Shown here: positions 13,055 to 24,225 of the stretch, in pieces | How positions within the stretch are numbered: the first letter of the stretch is position 1 | Layout: each line of letters begins with the position of its first letter | Assembly (NCBI GenBank): GCA_002633005.1 | Contig: NMRA01000050.1 | Span: forward strand, 323,679 to 387,678 | Source: Phoronis australis | Taxonomy: Eukaryota; Animalia; Phoronida | DNA length: 64,000 nucleotides | Direction: 5' to 3' | Position numbers and translations under genes: made by a program | The notes under the pieces: model-generated | What the model was told of the DNA's origin: nothing | The model's database searches: none | Seen by the model: the letters and a program-made list of their open reading frames with translations, nothing else

Positions 13055-13214
13055 ATGCTGAGCACCGGGCCGAAGAGATGTCCAGCTATGTCCAGCAGAT
13101 CCAGGACATGACCAAGAGTCTGTCCACTCTTCAGCCACTGAATGTTGACGTAGGTGACGTACATGACTCAGATACAGACAGCGAGGCCGCCACTCACGTC
13201 ACTGACAGGTCAAG
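13055..13214 (+). CDS. COBL: Cobl-like exon (not in ORF track)
   Basis: ccacag acceptor (phase 1), AG|gtgaga donor (phase 2). Encodes DAEHRAEEMSSYVQQIQDMTKSLSTLQP...; phases match both neighbouring exons. Confidence 0.78.
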
Positions 13215-13722
13215 GTGAGAAGGGGTGCAGTCTTGTTCCTTGCCTCATTGCTCATGAAATTTAAAAACAGGCAACAAATAACTTCCTGTAAATCATTTTA
13301 CAGAAACAGATGTCACTATTTTTGTGGAGTGGAGCAACAGAAAGTTTTAAAATTTTCATTAGTAGCATCACCTAAAGTCATGTATCTTCAATGAAGCTAA
13401 AGTTCTTGAAAATTTCAATTATGCCTGGTTGTGTGATTGAACATGAATGTTCAAAATAAATTTTAAAGTAGCCAAATGTCCATTTACTGTATTTCCGACC
13501 ATATGTTCGTAGGAACTTATTCAGAAATATTGATTACCAATTTCTGGGCTTGTGTGTAAACATTCAATAATAATACTCTTCATTCCACGTTGATAGTCAG
13601 CTTTTATTGACAGACAGTACTTATTGGCTGTAGTTGCAAGGTAACTTTGGTTCATTAAGCCTTGTTCTGAAATTGGACTTGTTTGTAAATGTTCTGAATA
13701 ACACCTGTTGACATCTGTGCAG

Positions 13723-14008
13723 CCCTGCCTCGGTCACAATTTACCACATTCAAGATGGATCAGACCCGTCTGACTTGGTGGATGGCATTGCACGAGTTCA
13801 GTTGGAGGGACATGCGCTTACAAGGGACGAAGTTGTGATCGAGCGACGAGATTCAATGACATCACAAGACTCGGTCACTGTCTACTATGAGGAAGAGTGG
13901 GATGAAGCCACAAAATCCTGGAAACGTGTCAAGAATGAGCAGCAAACAAAACTGAAGATTGATGTGAATGGTGCAGCAGAAACATCAGAGATTACTTACG
14001 ACTTTCAG
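13723..14008 (+). CDS. COBL: Cobl-like exon (acidic/Trp segment YYEEEWDEATKSW)
   Basis: tgcag acceptor (phase 2), CAG|gtaggt donor (phase 0). Confidence 0.8.
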
Positions 14009-14299
14009 GTAGGTACACGGCTCAATGTTTTAGCAGTAACTGAATGAAGTCAGTCTCATCCATTTGTACTCTGTAAGTTGGTTGGCATCCTCTTACCATC
14101 TGTCCATGTTTTTGTTTGTCGGCTGATGATTTTTTAATTGACGTTTCACGGGGTTGATTAAATTTGACGTTTATATCGCAATAAGTATTGAGTCAGTTAC
14201 ATCATGTGCATCATGACACCAATGATGCATGGGGTAAGGGGGACACTGAAAGGTTAACATTGACTTGACAGTCATAAAAATAAATTAAATTTGTAATAC

Positions 14300-14845
14300 C
14301 AGGGCTTGATTTGGCAGTCGCATAGTCAATGAGACCTCAGATTTTGTTTGGTGACCTAATAAAAATCCTAGTTCGCCACACAGTTTTCATACACACAGCC
14401 CAGTAGGCTGTAAAAGAATTACAGATGGATGTCAAAATGGTTCAACAAAAATGTGAAGGGTCCATTTGTGAGTCATGCACAGGTAACATGTGGCAACCAT
14501 CTGCTTCTGCCTTAGAAAGGAGACTGTGCAGGATATTGAGTCTGAGGGGTGGAGATGGGGGATTTGATCATTACCAAGCACACGAGACACCCCTAATTTG
14601 TGGTTCAACTGCCAAAAACACCACCTGGATGATCTTGGGTACAGAGGCACTTTATTTGCCAAGTTCACAGTTTTCTCTCTTCAGGTATCTTAATTATTTA
14701 TTTCGTTTTCGGCTTTTTCAGATTATGTGTCATTTGCAGGGACGAGGACTTACGCAATCCCCTGTACAAGGTCCTTATTTGGCGACCTGGAAATTTTGTC
14801 GGGTCGCATTTTATGAGTTGACTTCATGCTAAGCCTTGAGCCCTG
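14300..14845. mobile_element. Degenerate hAT-like MITE
   Basis: Ends CAGGGCT / AGCCCTG, with subterminal gtcgca/gcgacc motifs. No clean TSD. Confidence 0.45.
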
Positions 14846-14912
14846 GCTATAATTTCACCACCAACCTTGGCTTTTTTAAAGTGGTTAAGTTGAACTGTTT
14901 ATTTATTGCCAG

Positions 14913-15288
14913 GTTGACCATGTACCAACACCATTCCAGTCGGATGATGAGTTTACATTTGGCCAACTCAAGAAAACAGATAGTGAAGAGACTTTGACTG
15001 GAGACACTGAAGAGACCCTTGACTCAGTAAGGGATGAACAGACACCAGTGCCACCTATTGTCGCTGATGCCTTGAGTGAGGAGAAGACACAAGTGCAACC
15101 TACAGTTCTTAAAGAAAACTTTGTGGAAGACAGTGGGACGTTGAAAACTGGAGTAGACGCTGTTAAAGCAAAGCCTAATGCTAGTGTTGCAGCATTAGAG
15201 AGCAAAACTGTAGAGACAAAACCTGTGGAAGAAGTGAAAATGGAACCTGAGGAGTTTATCATTACTTCAGAAGATAAGATCTTTATGG
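14913..15288 (+). CDS. COBL: Cobl-like exon (acidic low complexity)
   Basis: gccag acceptor (phase 0), G|gtaggt donor (phase 1). Confidence 0.8.
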
Positions 15289-16408
15289 GTAGGTCATGAT
15301 TGATTAATAGTAATTTAACTCAGCCTGCAGTAATTTGCATAGGGCTTTTTATAATAATCTGTTGGTCTTGTATCGATTTAGGCTCATCTCAACTCAACAA
15401 AATACAAAGGTGCCTCTGGTCTACTGACGTCNAGATGAGACTACTGTATTGCTTCTTGTGGCAATTTCGCCTTTTCTATATGCCCCTTTAACTACCAAGT
15501 CGCTTGGTAGACCTTCATAAAAATTGACAGTTATATTTCTAATATGTAGCAAAAGACCTGTCCATTTTCACTTGGTTCTATCATTTCCTGTGCTCCTTTG
15601 TTGCAATTAAGTTTTTTTGGTTTTGTTATCCACCTTTCTATCTTGCAAATGGTTTGAAGAATCATTGCTAAATTTGCCGAACATGTTTCTGTTCACTGAA
15701 AACTGATTGATGTTTTTGAATTTTTTCGGCTACAGTTTTACCGCTTAATGGCAGTTTCTTGGTTTATTTCAATATCTACTTGGTTCTCCATAACATTTGG
15801 CAGATAAGATCTAATCCAGTAGAGAACAACACTTGCTCATTGTTAAAAGACCTATAAAGTGCCACTTGTGGTAGTTTTATTGGTTTAGTATTCACTTTCA
15901 CTTGTGGTACCCACCTCAGTGTCTCTATTGGCCAAGCCCTAAAAGAATCACCGTGGTTAATGGGCTTATGTTAAGGTCAGCATGGCTGACATGGCATTTT
16001 GGACGGTTTGGACTGCCACAGTGCCCACTAGTTGCAAATTTAGTTTCCTTGTAGTAATCACAAAACCTTCTAGTATTGTATTTGCCTACTTTTGGATGAC
16101 AAACATTGCACCTCGTAAATTTAGTTCCGTTGCAAGTCCATTCACAAATAATCATTTGATGACTAGGCACAATAGCATCATTATAAATTCTTTCAAGTTT
16201 AACAAAAACGCTATTTTATTATGACAAAAGTTTGATTAAAGTGCCAAATAATTATGTCCGAGTTTGCTGTGTCTCACTAGAGTTCTATCAAAGTCTTTCG
16301 AGTTTATTTTGAAAACTGCTTTTCCAAGCATTGCTGTTAAATATTTGTAGTTTTTTTAGTTTGAGCAATACAGTTGTTCCTGAAATTTCTTACATGCTTA
16401 ATTTACAG

Positions 16409-16980
16409 TTCCTTCTTTGAACCGCACCAGTACCAAAGCCAAAGCACAGAGTCCATCTACGGGTAAAATGGTGGAAATAACGGCAGCGCGGCGAGGCCAT
16501 GAAGATGAAGAAGCCTTTTATGGCCAAGATGGGTCAGTGCGCGGAGTCAAGGGTCAAGTGAGGTCGCGAATGGCAGAACTGAGTTTCACTCAATTGGATG
16601 ATGCAGACACATCTATAACTGAAAAAACGCCAACCAAAATGGCTGCTTCTGTAACGCAAAGTCCAGTGAAAACCAGTCTCTCTGCGTCTGTTGAGCCCGT
16701 AAGTAAAATCAAAACAGACTCCTCTACAAGTGATGTGATTATTTCAAAGCCATCAAAGACTGTACCTCATAAGAGATCGAGCATTTCTTCATTTGTGTTG
16801 AAGTCGTCTGCCACAAATCCAACAAAGACTCCCCTACAGGATAATTTGGTCACTAGTTGTGTGTCTCCTGGCCAATCACAAGATCACTCGTCATCGACTG
16901 CGGACATGGAGAGTGTATTACAAGCCCAGTACAACCAGCTTCAAGTTCAGTTTACTATGTGGCAACAGCAGCTGATTCAG
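16409..16980 (+). CDS. COBL: Cobl-like exon (Ser/Thr-rich, start of Gln-rich coiled coil)
   Basis: ttacag acceptor (phase 1), CAG|gtttgt donor (phase 0). Confidence 0.82.
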
Positions 16981-17685
16981 GTTTGTGTGTTTTACACTTC
17001 TCTCTGTTTACACTTCTCTCTGTTTACACTTCTCTCTGTTTTCTCACATGATCAATGTTTACAGCATATTCCAGAATAGGAAAATGGCTTGTTCTGTGTT
17101 CTGATTTGACATTTGACATACAAGCATGTCTTCTCTGTTACTGTGTAAATGCGACTGTTGGCCATGCCCAATTGAATTTGAGTTTTGTTCACTTAAGGAT
17201 ATCTAAAACCTTATTCACAAAAATTGGCCATTTTTACAATGTTTCACATGTGTCTAGCAAAATACCTTATCTTCATTCTCAGGAAAGTTCAAATACAAAA
17301 TGTATATTGCGTGGCAAGACAAAAATACCTGACATTTTGCGAGTTGGTTTGTCAGAAACTAAACAAAAAGGCTAATTGAAAATAACTAACAGCATGTTTG
17401 AGGTAACAAGTGAAGTTTTCATTTAAATAAGGTCTCATTAAAATCAACCTAGGAGTTATTTTCCTATGAATGTACCGTTCTTAAAAATAAAATTTTGACT
17501 TGTAAAAGGTTTTTACATAAAATTAATAATGGTACATAAATACAAAAAGTATTTTTGTATTCCCTTTCAGAAAATATATACTTTTACAAGTTGATAAAAC
17601 TCTTTTTTTGATTTACGAGTTAGAATGGAGGCGACTAAATAAGGTTTGAGATAACCTTAAGTATGAACCAACGGTCTTTCTGCAG

Positions 17686-18102
17686 AATCAAGAGACATTG
17701 GCCAAGAAACAGATAGCTCCTCAGGACCAGTCACTGCAGCTGCAGGGACTGCGTGAGCAGATGGAGCTACAACAGCAGATGATGCTGCAATTACAGCAGA
17801 ATATGGCCTCATTAAAGGCAGAGCATTCTGGGGTCACAGCTGAAGTGAAAGGTCAAAGGTCAGTGGAGGGCAGCGAGAAGGAGATGGTAATTGTTGACAA
17901 GAAGTCAGAGGTTACAGTTGAGCAGCAATCTGTGGTACAAATGAGACACAATGTCAAGTCTATACGGCCCATGTCGGAGGTTGTTAATAAGGAAAAGCCA
18001 GTAATAATGCGTAAACAGCAAGAGGTCAAGGTTCAAAGACCAAAGTCAGAAGTACCGCCTACTCACCCTGTTGTCACAGAAGCCAGCATTGTAAACTTCA
18101 AG
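17686..18102 (+). CDS. COBL: Cobl-like exon (Gln-rich coiled coil)
   Basis: tttctgcag acceptor, AAG|gtgagt donor, phase 0-0. Confidence 0.82.
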
Positions 18103-18313
18103 GTGAGTATGACTGAATGATAGATAACTGACGTGTACACTCGTTATATTCATGATTTCACTATGCTTTATTTGTCTTTGTGCCATATGTGTTCATTCAT
18201 TTTTTAATTAGCATGATTTTCTAAGCCCTGTGTTTCTATTTTTTAACAGTATGAAAGTTTGATAAACTCTGCTTAACTTTCACAAGGATTAGTGCTGTAC
18301 TTTCTCAACTTAG

Positions 18314-18439
18314 GCAAATCTCAAACCAGCTTCCCAGAGACAGCTGTCCACAGACTCCAGGTTTGGACCAAAGCTTACTCCGCGTGAACTCCTGTTGAAA
18401 GATCTCGCCAACTCAGGAGGAATAGCGGCTTTGAAACAG
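18314..18439 (+). CDS. COBL: Cobl-like exon encoding WH2 domain 1 (not in ORF track)
   Basis: cttag acceptor, CAG|gtgtag donor, phase 0-0. Encodes ANLKPASQRQLSTDSRFGPKLTPRELLLKDLANSGGIAALKQ, a WH2 helix plus LKQ(T). Confidence 0.78.
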
Positions 18440-18990
18440 GTGTAGTAGCATGTTTTGGTCCAATCATTCACTAAGCATTTATTAAGCTTGCGCTAGACTT
18501 TAAAGATATTAGCCAAAATGGCTAGAGCATTTGAAAACTTTTAGCCATTTCCAAAAATTATTAGTCAAATACTTAATCTTTCCCAACCCCGGCTATTGTC
18601 TAAAATACAGCCTTTTTATTTTTCATGTTACGCACAGGTTATTTTTTATAATGTACTGTAAGAAAAGATGTTTGCCTTTTAAGAAAAAAAAAGAAATATT
18701 CAGCATATAGCAAAAACACTGGCTATACGTTGACCTATCCCTGTGCCAGCAAGTAGCCTTGGTGCAAAGCTGATACTAAACATAATTATAGCTTTGTGCC
18801 AATGTGGATGAAAAACTGACCAGATAAAATCTGACACAAATTTATTGTCATTAAAAACTACATTCTTCCTAAATTACTGGTTTTATATCCAGACCTTCCT
18901 AACTGTTGCATATTTTTGGCCATTGAATTCACTGCAACCTCCATTTTTTCCTGTGTCTATCTTTTGACAATTTTTGCTCTGTTCTTTCAG

Positions 18991-19269
18991 ACTGGCAATT
19001 TTGAGCCGCGTAACTCTCAACGGTTTGAGGCAACAACAATGAAGTCTGAGCCAGTCACTATTCCAACTGTTGCCCCTCTCAATGTACCAGCCCCTCCGCC
19101 ACCGCCGCCATCGGCCCCACCTCCTGTGAGATCCGTCTCTGCACCGGCAGCTGTTGCTCCTAAACCTGCCACTTCTAAGCCGTCAAAGGCATTCGAGCCT
19201 GCTCTGGACCCTCGTGAGGAATTGATGATTGCAATCCGCAGCATGGGCGGCCGGAACGGTCTGCGCAAG
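18991..19269 (+). CDS. COBL: Cobl-like exon, poly-Pro plus WH2 domain 2
   Basis: ctttcag acceptor. Encodes PPPPPPSAPPP ... DPREELMIAIRSMGGRNGLRK. Donor is AAG|gcgagt (GC type). Confidence 0.88.
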
Positions 19270-20784
19270 GCGAGTGAGCCTACTAAAGACTAATACCACA
19301 GGGCGACGCCAAACGTAAATTGGAGTGCACATGTGTCGTAGTGTAGTTGCGTGTGCCTCATCCTACTCCACTCTCTGTCTTCTGTTTCACATCTCTAACA
19401 AGATTTCTCACATGACAATAATATTTATATCTGCCTATCATACTTGTGCATATTTTAGCGTAATGCACCTATGTGTAAATTAAGCTGCTACTATATCCAG
19501 AAGATGGTGCATGTACTCACATGTTGAACACTTCAGTAAACATTGGAGTAAAAATTGTTGGAAAGTGCATTATTTTGGTATTTGTGCCTAAATTTGCTGT
19601 AGGTTTATGCTTAAGGTTTAGTGGCAATTACATTGATGCCAATTTCATATGTCTTTCAAAGCTAATTCTTATGCGAAGACATCTTTGAATCGCATTAACT
19701 GATGACAATTAACCAAGACATGTAAGCATGGACTGACATCTTCAAAGATTTTGATCTTTCCCAGTCCAGTGAGAATGATATAAATTTCAACACCTGAATG
19801 TTCTGCTACAGTTGGTTCTGTCCTATTTTCCCTTGGTAACTTGGAGTTAGCTCCCCTAGCAGTAGATAGACTAGTGTCTTCCCAGTCTGCCCTTTTAAGC
19901 TGCAGTCACAAAGATTCTTTAGAATGATGAGCTCCTACGATGTCCCAGTTGCTATGAATTGCACACTTTTGTTGAGTGGCCATTGCTCTTTTAACCTTTA
20001 AAGTCCGTACGTCTGCCATTCAGTTCGCAAGATCATCTCGGGCATTCTTAAGAAAATTAATGTGTATGGTTGACTTGGAATATTGTTACGGTGATCTTAT
20101 GATTTTTATTTCAAAAAGCTGTCATACAGCACCCATATGTGTGACTCATGGCATTCGCAAGTTGTTGGTAAAAATAATCTTACAACTTTGGCCACATTAG
20201 ATATGCTGGAAACTGGAAACATTTGATTTTTTGCTCACTCGATAACCCCGTAATTTATGTACCCTATTTCCTTAGGTTCCATGTCTGAAGATGTTATACT
20301 TTGAAAACCTTGCAAAGATAGAGAATTTGGTTATATAAGAGTATTTCAAATACACAAATTACGTACTTCTTCCTTTGACGTGCTTACAAACACTTCCTGG
20401 TATCTGTATGAACCTCCGTTCTGAGGGCATTCTTACTAATGCTGCAAGAAGCCCACTTAAGTAGAATATGAGACGTTAAGATCACTGCCAGACTTCGAGG
20501 TTTTAAAATGTCCTCCTAACTTTACACAACTTACAAACATCTCAGTTCTTAAAATGTTTTGAGACATTCGTGCCGCTGTGCAATGAGTGGTCTTTTGCAA
20601 AATGTTTATGAAAATCTTGGACAAGGAGTCTATGAATGCTGTATTCTCATATCGCTGCCTTAAGAAGTCCCATACAACATAGAAAAAACGTTTGCGCATT
20701 TTTGACATCCGTTCGTAAGAGTTTTTGTGACTGAGCACTGTCCAGGAACACTATCGTCCATCGCTAACCTTTCACCATTTCCCC

Positions 20785-22792
20785 TTTATTATGCTCCCCC
20801 ATATTTATATGTGGGTGCATGTGAGTGCATGTTGTTACCTCTGTACTTTCGAAGGTTCTTGATGGATTTTCATGAAGTTCAGCTAATAGGTTTTTAGTAA
20901 GGAGATATCAATGGCATTCCGTTTTCGGGCAGATTTGACTCAGTTTACGCTATTATTGTGTCCGTTTTCTGGCGACCGCCTTTCTATCTCAAATCGCTCA
21001 TAGGATCATTATAAAAATTTTCAGATGTGTTTCTAATGACAGGGTTACGAATGACTATGATTTTCAGACGGTTTGGCTACTTGGTTGCACCCTTGTGGCA
21101 ATTTTGTTTTTTTGGGGGCCGTTTGCAGCCGAATCTCCTTAACCCTTTGTGAAATTTAAAAAATGCGTTCCTATGGAACCGATAACAAATGGTAACGAGT
21201 ACCCAACTGTTCCAAATGCCGCTGTGCCCACTAGTGGCAAAATGTTTTTTACATTAATGTATTTTTATGAAATTTGGTAATTTTAGGTTTCTATTAAGGA
21301 GACAATGCCGTCTCATTTTAGACAGATTTGATGTTTTTTGCACCACCTAGTAGTCATTTAAAATTTTTGCGTACTTTTTTGACTTTCATTTCTCTATATG
21401 CCAAACCAGTCAAAGGATCATAATGAAAATTTACTGTTGTGTTCCCGATGCGAAGACCACGGCTGATGTTGATTTTCTGATGGTTTCGCTTACCTGGCGC
21501 ACTCTAGGAGCAATTTAGCTTTTTTGCATCTTCGGATATATCTCCTAAACCACTGAAGGATATTTGTGAAATTTGGGGATGTCCTCCTGTGGAGATGGAA
21601 ACAGATGACAATTAGTTTCAGACCAATTAGAGTATAGCTGTGCCCCCTAGTGTCAAATTTAGTTGTTTTTACCTTTGCCTCTGTATCTTTAGTTCCTTGG
21701 CTTATTTTTATTATGCACCCACATATTTATATGAGTACGCATTATGCTGTCATCTCCATCCGTCCGGCATCCGCTGCTCTATCTCCAAACGCCTTGACGT
21801 ATGTTCATGAAATTTTGCACATGTGTTCCTTCCGTGGATGGGACGGCGTGGTTTTGGATGGATCCAAATACCGGTGTGCCCCCTGGTGCCAATTTTAGTT
21901 GTTTACGTTTACCTCTGTATCTTCAAAAGTCCTCAAAGGATTTTCAAAAAATTTGGCATATAAGCACCTGTTAGTGAGATGACGCTATCCTTCCGTTTTG
22001 GGGTGGATTCAAGGTAGTTTGCGCCAATTTTACTGTTTTTTGCGTCCACCCCTCCATCAACCAAACCGCTCAAAGGATGATTATGAAAATTGGCATGTAT
22101 GCTCTTACTTTGTAGTGGACAGATGACGATAACTTTCCGACTGTGGCGCCTCCTAGTGGCAGTTGTTTTTTTTTGCGCCTATGGCTGTATCTTCTCAACC
22201 GTTTGGAGGATCTTTACTAAATTTAGTAATTGTATTTATATGATGTTAAAAACACAGGACGACGTCTTTCGGACAGATCTGACTACTGGTGTGCCACCTA
22301 GTGGCAATTTTTTTTTACTTTTACGTTTACCTCTGTATTTTCAAAGGTACTCAATGTATATTCATAAAATTTAGCATACAGGCATATGTTAATGAGGTGA
22401 CGCTGTCTCTCCGGTTTCAGATGAGTTTGACCTAGTTTGCACCCTCTAGTGGCCATTTTTACGGTTTTCAAGTCTATCCACCAAACCGCTTTCAGGATAA
22501 TTGTGAAAATTGGCATGTAACTTTTTACTATGAAGTGGACGGCTGATGATGATGATTTTGCGATGACTTTGACTTCTGTGGCGCCTCCTAGTGGCAGTTT
22601 TGTTTTTTTGCGCTCATGGCTGTATCTCCTAAATGGTTTGCAGGATATTTACTTAATTTAGCAAGTGTATTTATATGATGTTGACAACGGGCGAGGGCGA
22701 CTTTCGGACCGATCTGATAGCTGTTAGGTTTGGTGTAATCTGCACCATTTGCAATACTGTCGTGGGTGCATTTCAGTGCTCCAGGTTACTCC
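20785..22792 (+). mobile_element. Helentron-associated (DINE-1/HINE-like) composite element with internal tandem subrepeats
   Basis: 5' palindromes atgctcccccatatttatatgtgggtgcat (20791) and atgcacccacatatttatatg (21713) after T-runs. ccgtcc motif. 3' subTIR gtgggtgcat at 22762 plus a degenerate stem-loop. Reverse-complement homologous to 38.8-41.6 kb. Confidence 0.75.
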
Positions 22793-23102
22793 TAAAGTAT
22801 GGTTGTCTTGATGTGCTTTGAAGAATTTATGAATGGTTATTGGGCAAGTGATTGTTTTTGATAGATATTTAAAACATTAGAATCCCCTATAGAGATATTT
22901 TGGCCACTTTGATGGTGATCTGAAGTTGGAATATCTTGTCCTTTTGCTTACACTGACTCAAGACTTGTGGTCATATGTTACACCTGTTCTGATTAGTTGC
23001 CTACGTTGGTCCTTGTTCTGACATCGTTTGTCTGTATTGACCTTTGAACTGACATTGGTCTGCATTGACCTTTCGCTTAACATCATCTGTCTGCATTTGC
23101 AG

Positions 23103-23162
23103 GTACCTGTGAGTGAGATCCATTGGGAGGACAATCTGCCTATTGTGGACGACACATTCTAG
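23103..23162 (+). CDS. COBL: Cobl-like terminal coding exon VPVSEIHWEDNLPIVDDTF*
   Basis: tttgcag acceptor (phase 0). Completes WH2 as LRK|VP, matching the LRKVP end of vertebrate Cobl. Followed by AT-rich 3'UTR-like DNA with ATTAAA at about 24590. Confidence 0.72.
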   Translation, partial: VPVSEIHWEDNLPIVDDTF

Positions 23163-23324
23163 GGGAGATTACTCTCCACTGTTACATACTGAGATGGAAA
23201 AGTATACCGGTAGTCATGTATTTTATCCAGACAGCACTGCCGTTGTATCGTATGCTGAAGGTTTTAAAAGAATCTTTCTGTTGAATTCAATTTAAGTCTG
23301 ACGAAAGAAAGCATTTGTAAATTT

Positions 23325-23479
23325 TATTCTTGTGGTAAGAGTGTAACTATTATTTCCGGTCTTTCATAATTCTTATAATTTAGACAGAAATATTGCAGGA
23401 GTATTCTTGTGGTAAGAGTGTAACTAAATATTTCCGGTCTTTCATAATTCTTATAATTTAGACAGATATATTGCAGGAG
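23325..23479. repeat. 77-bp tandem duplication in the Cobl-like 3'UTR
   Basis: tattcttgtggtaagagtgtaacta...tattgcaggag at 23325 and at 23402, with few differences. Confidence 0.9.
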
Positions 23480-24044
23480 TATACCGTTTTGTGTTCAGTT
23501 AAATAGATGACAGATGAACAGATTTATCATTGAACTAAATATGGACAAGAGTAAGAGTAGAATCATGGTGAAGTGTTGGAAGTTGCTTGTCATTATATTC
23601 AGGTTGAAGCCTCAACTATTTAACGACATGTAAAGTTAATATTTAAGACTTGTTATAACAATTGGCTGCTTATGTAGTCACTATCTTCACTTTCATTGCT
23701 CTTAGTCTCTTCATTCTTGTCATTCCAATTATTTTTTAACCTGTTTTTTTCACACAATCTAAGTGGTCTATAAGTTATATTTATAGGCCTAATAGTTACT
23801 TGCTTGGACATTCCAAAATTAAATTCCATTGATTAATTCTAGTTTTGTATTTTTAGATATGGATGGTATAAACAGTCCAGTTTTGTATCAATGATGTTGG
23901 TTGTGAATTTTATGTTCTCTATGCAATCAGTTTATTGTATATTTCTTTATTCTGCAATTTCAAAGAAAATTATTGAGAATTTATATAGTTTATATATTAC
24001 AAAACTTCCCTATATAAATTTCCGATGTGTACACTGTAAAGCAC

Positions 24045-24225
24045 TGGAATTCTGCAAAAATGGAGAATGAGTATTGAACTGTGGACTTGAGATATGCTTG
24101 TGGAATTCTGCCAATAATTTAGAATGAGTACTGTGCAGTGGACTTGAAATACGCTTGGAATTTCACCAGTGATGGAGAATGAATATTGTGCAGTGGACTT
24201 GGGATGTGCATATCAGCTTTTGGAA
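24045..24225. repeat. Diverged ~55-bp tandem repeat (3 units)
   Basis: tggaatt...gagaatgagta.tg..cagtggacttg repeated three times. Confidence 0.7.
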
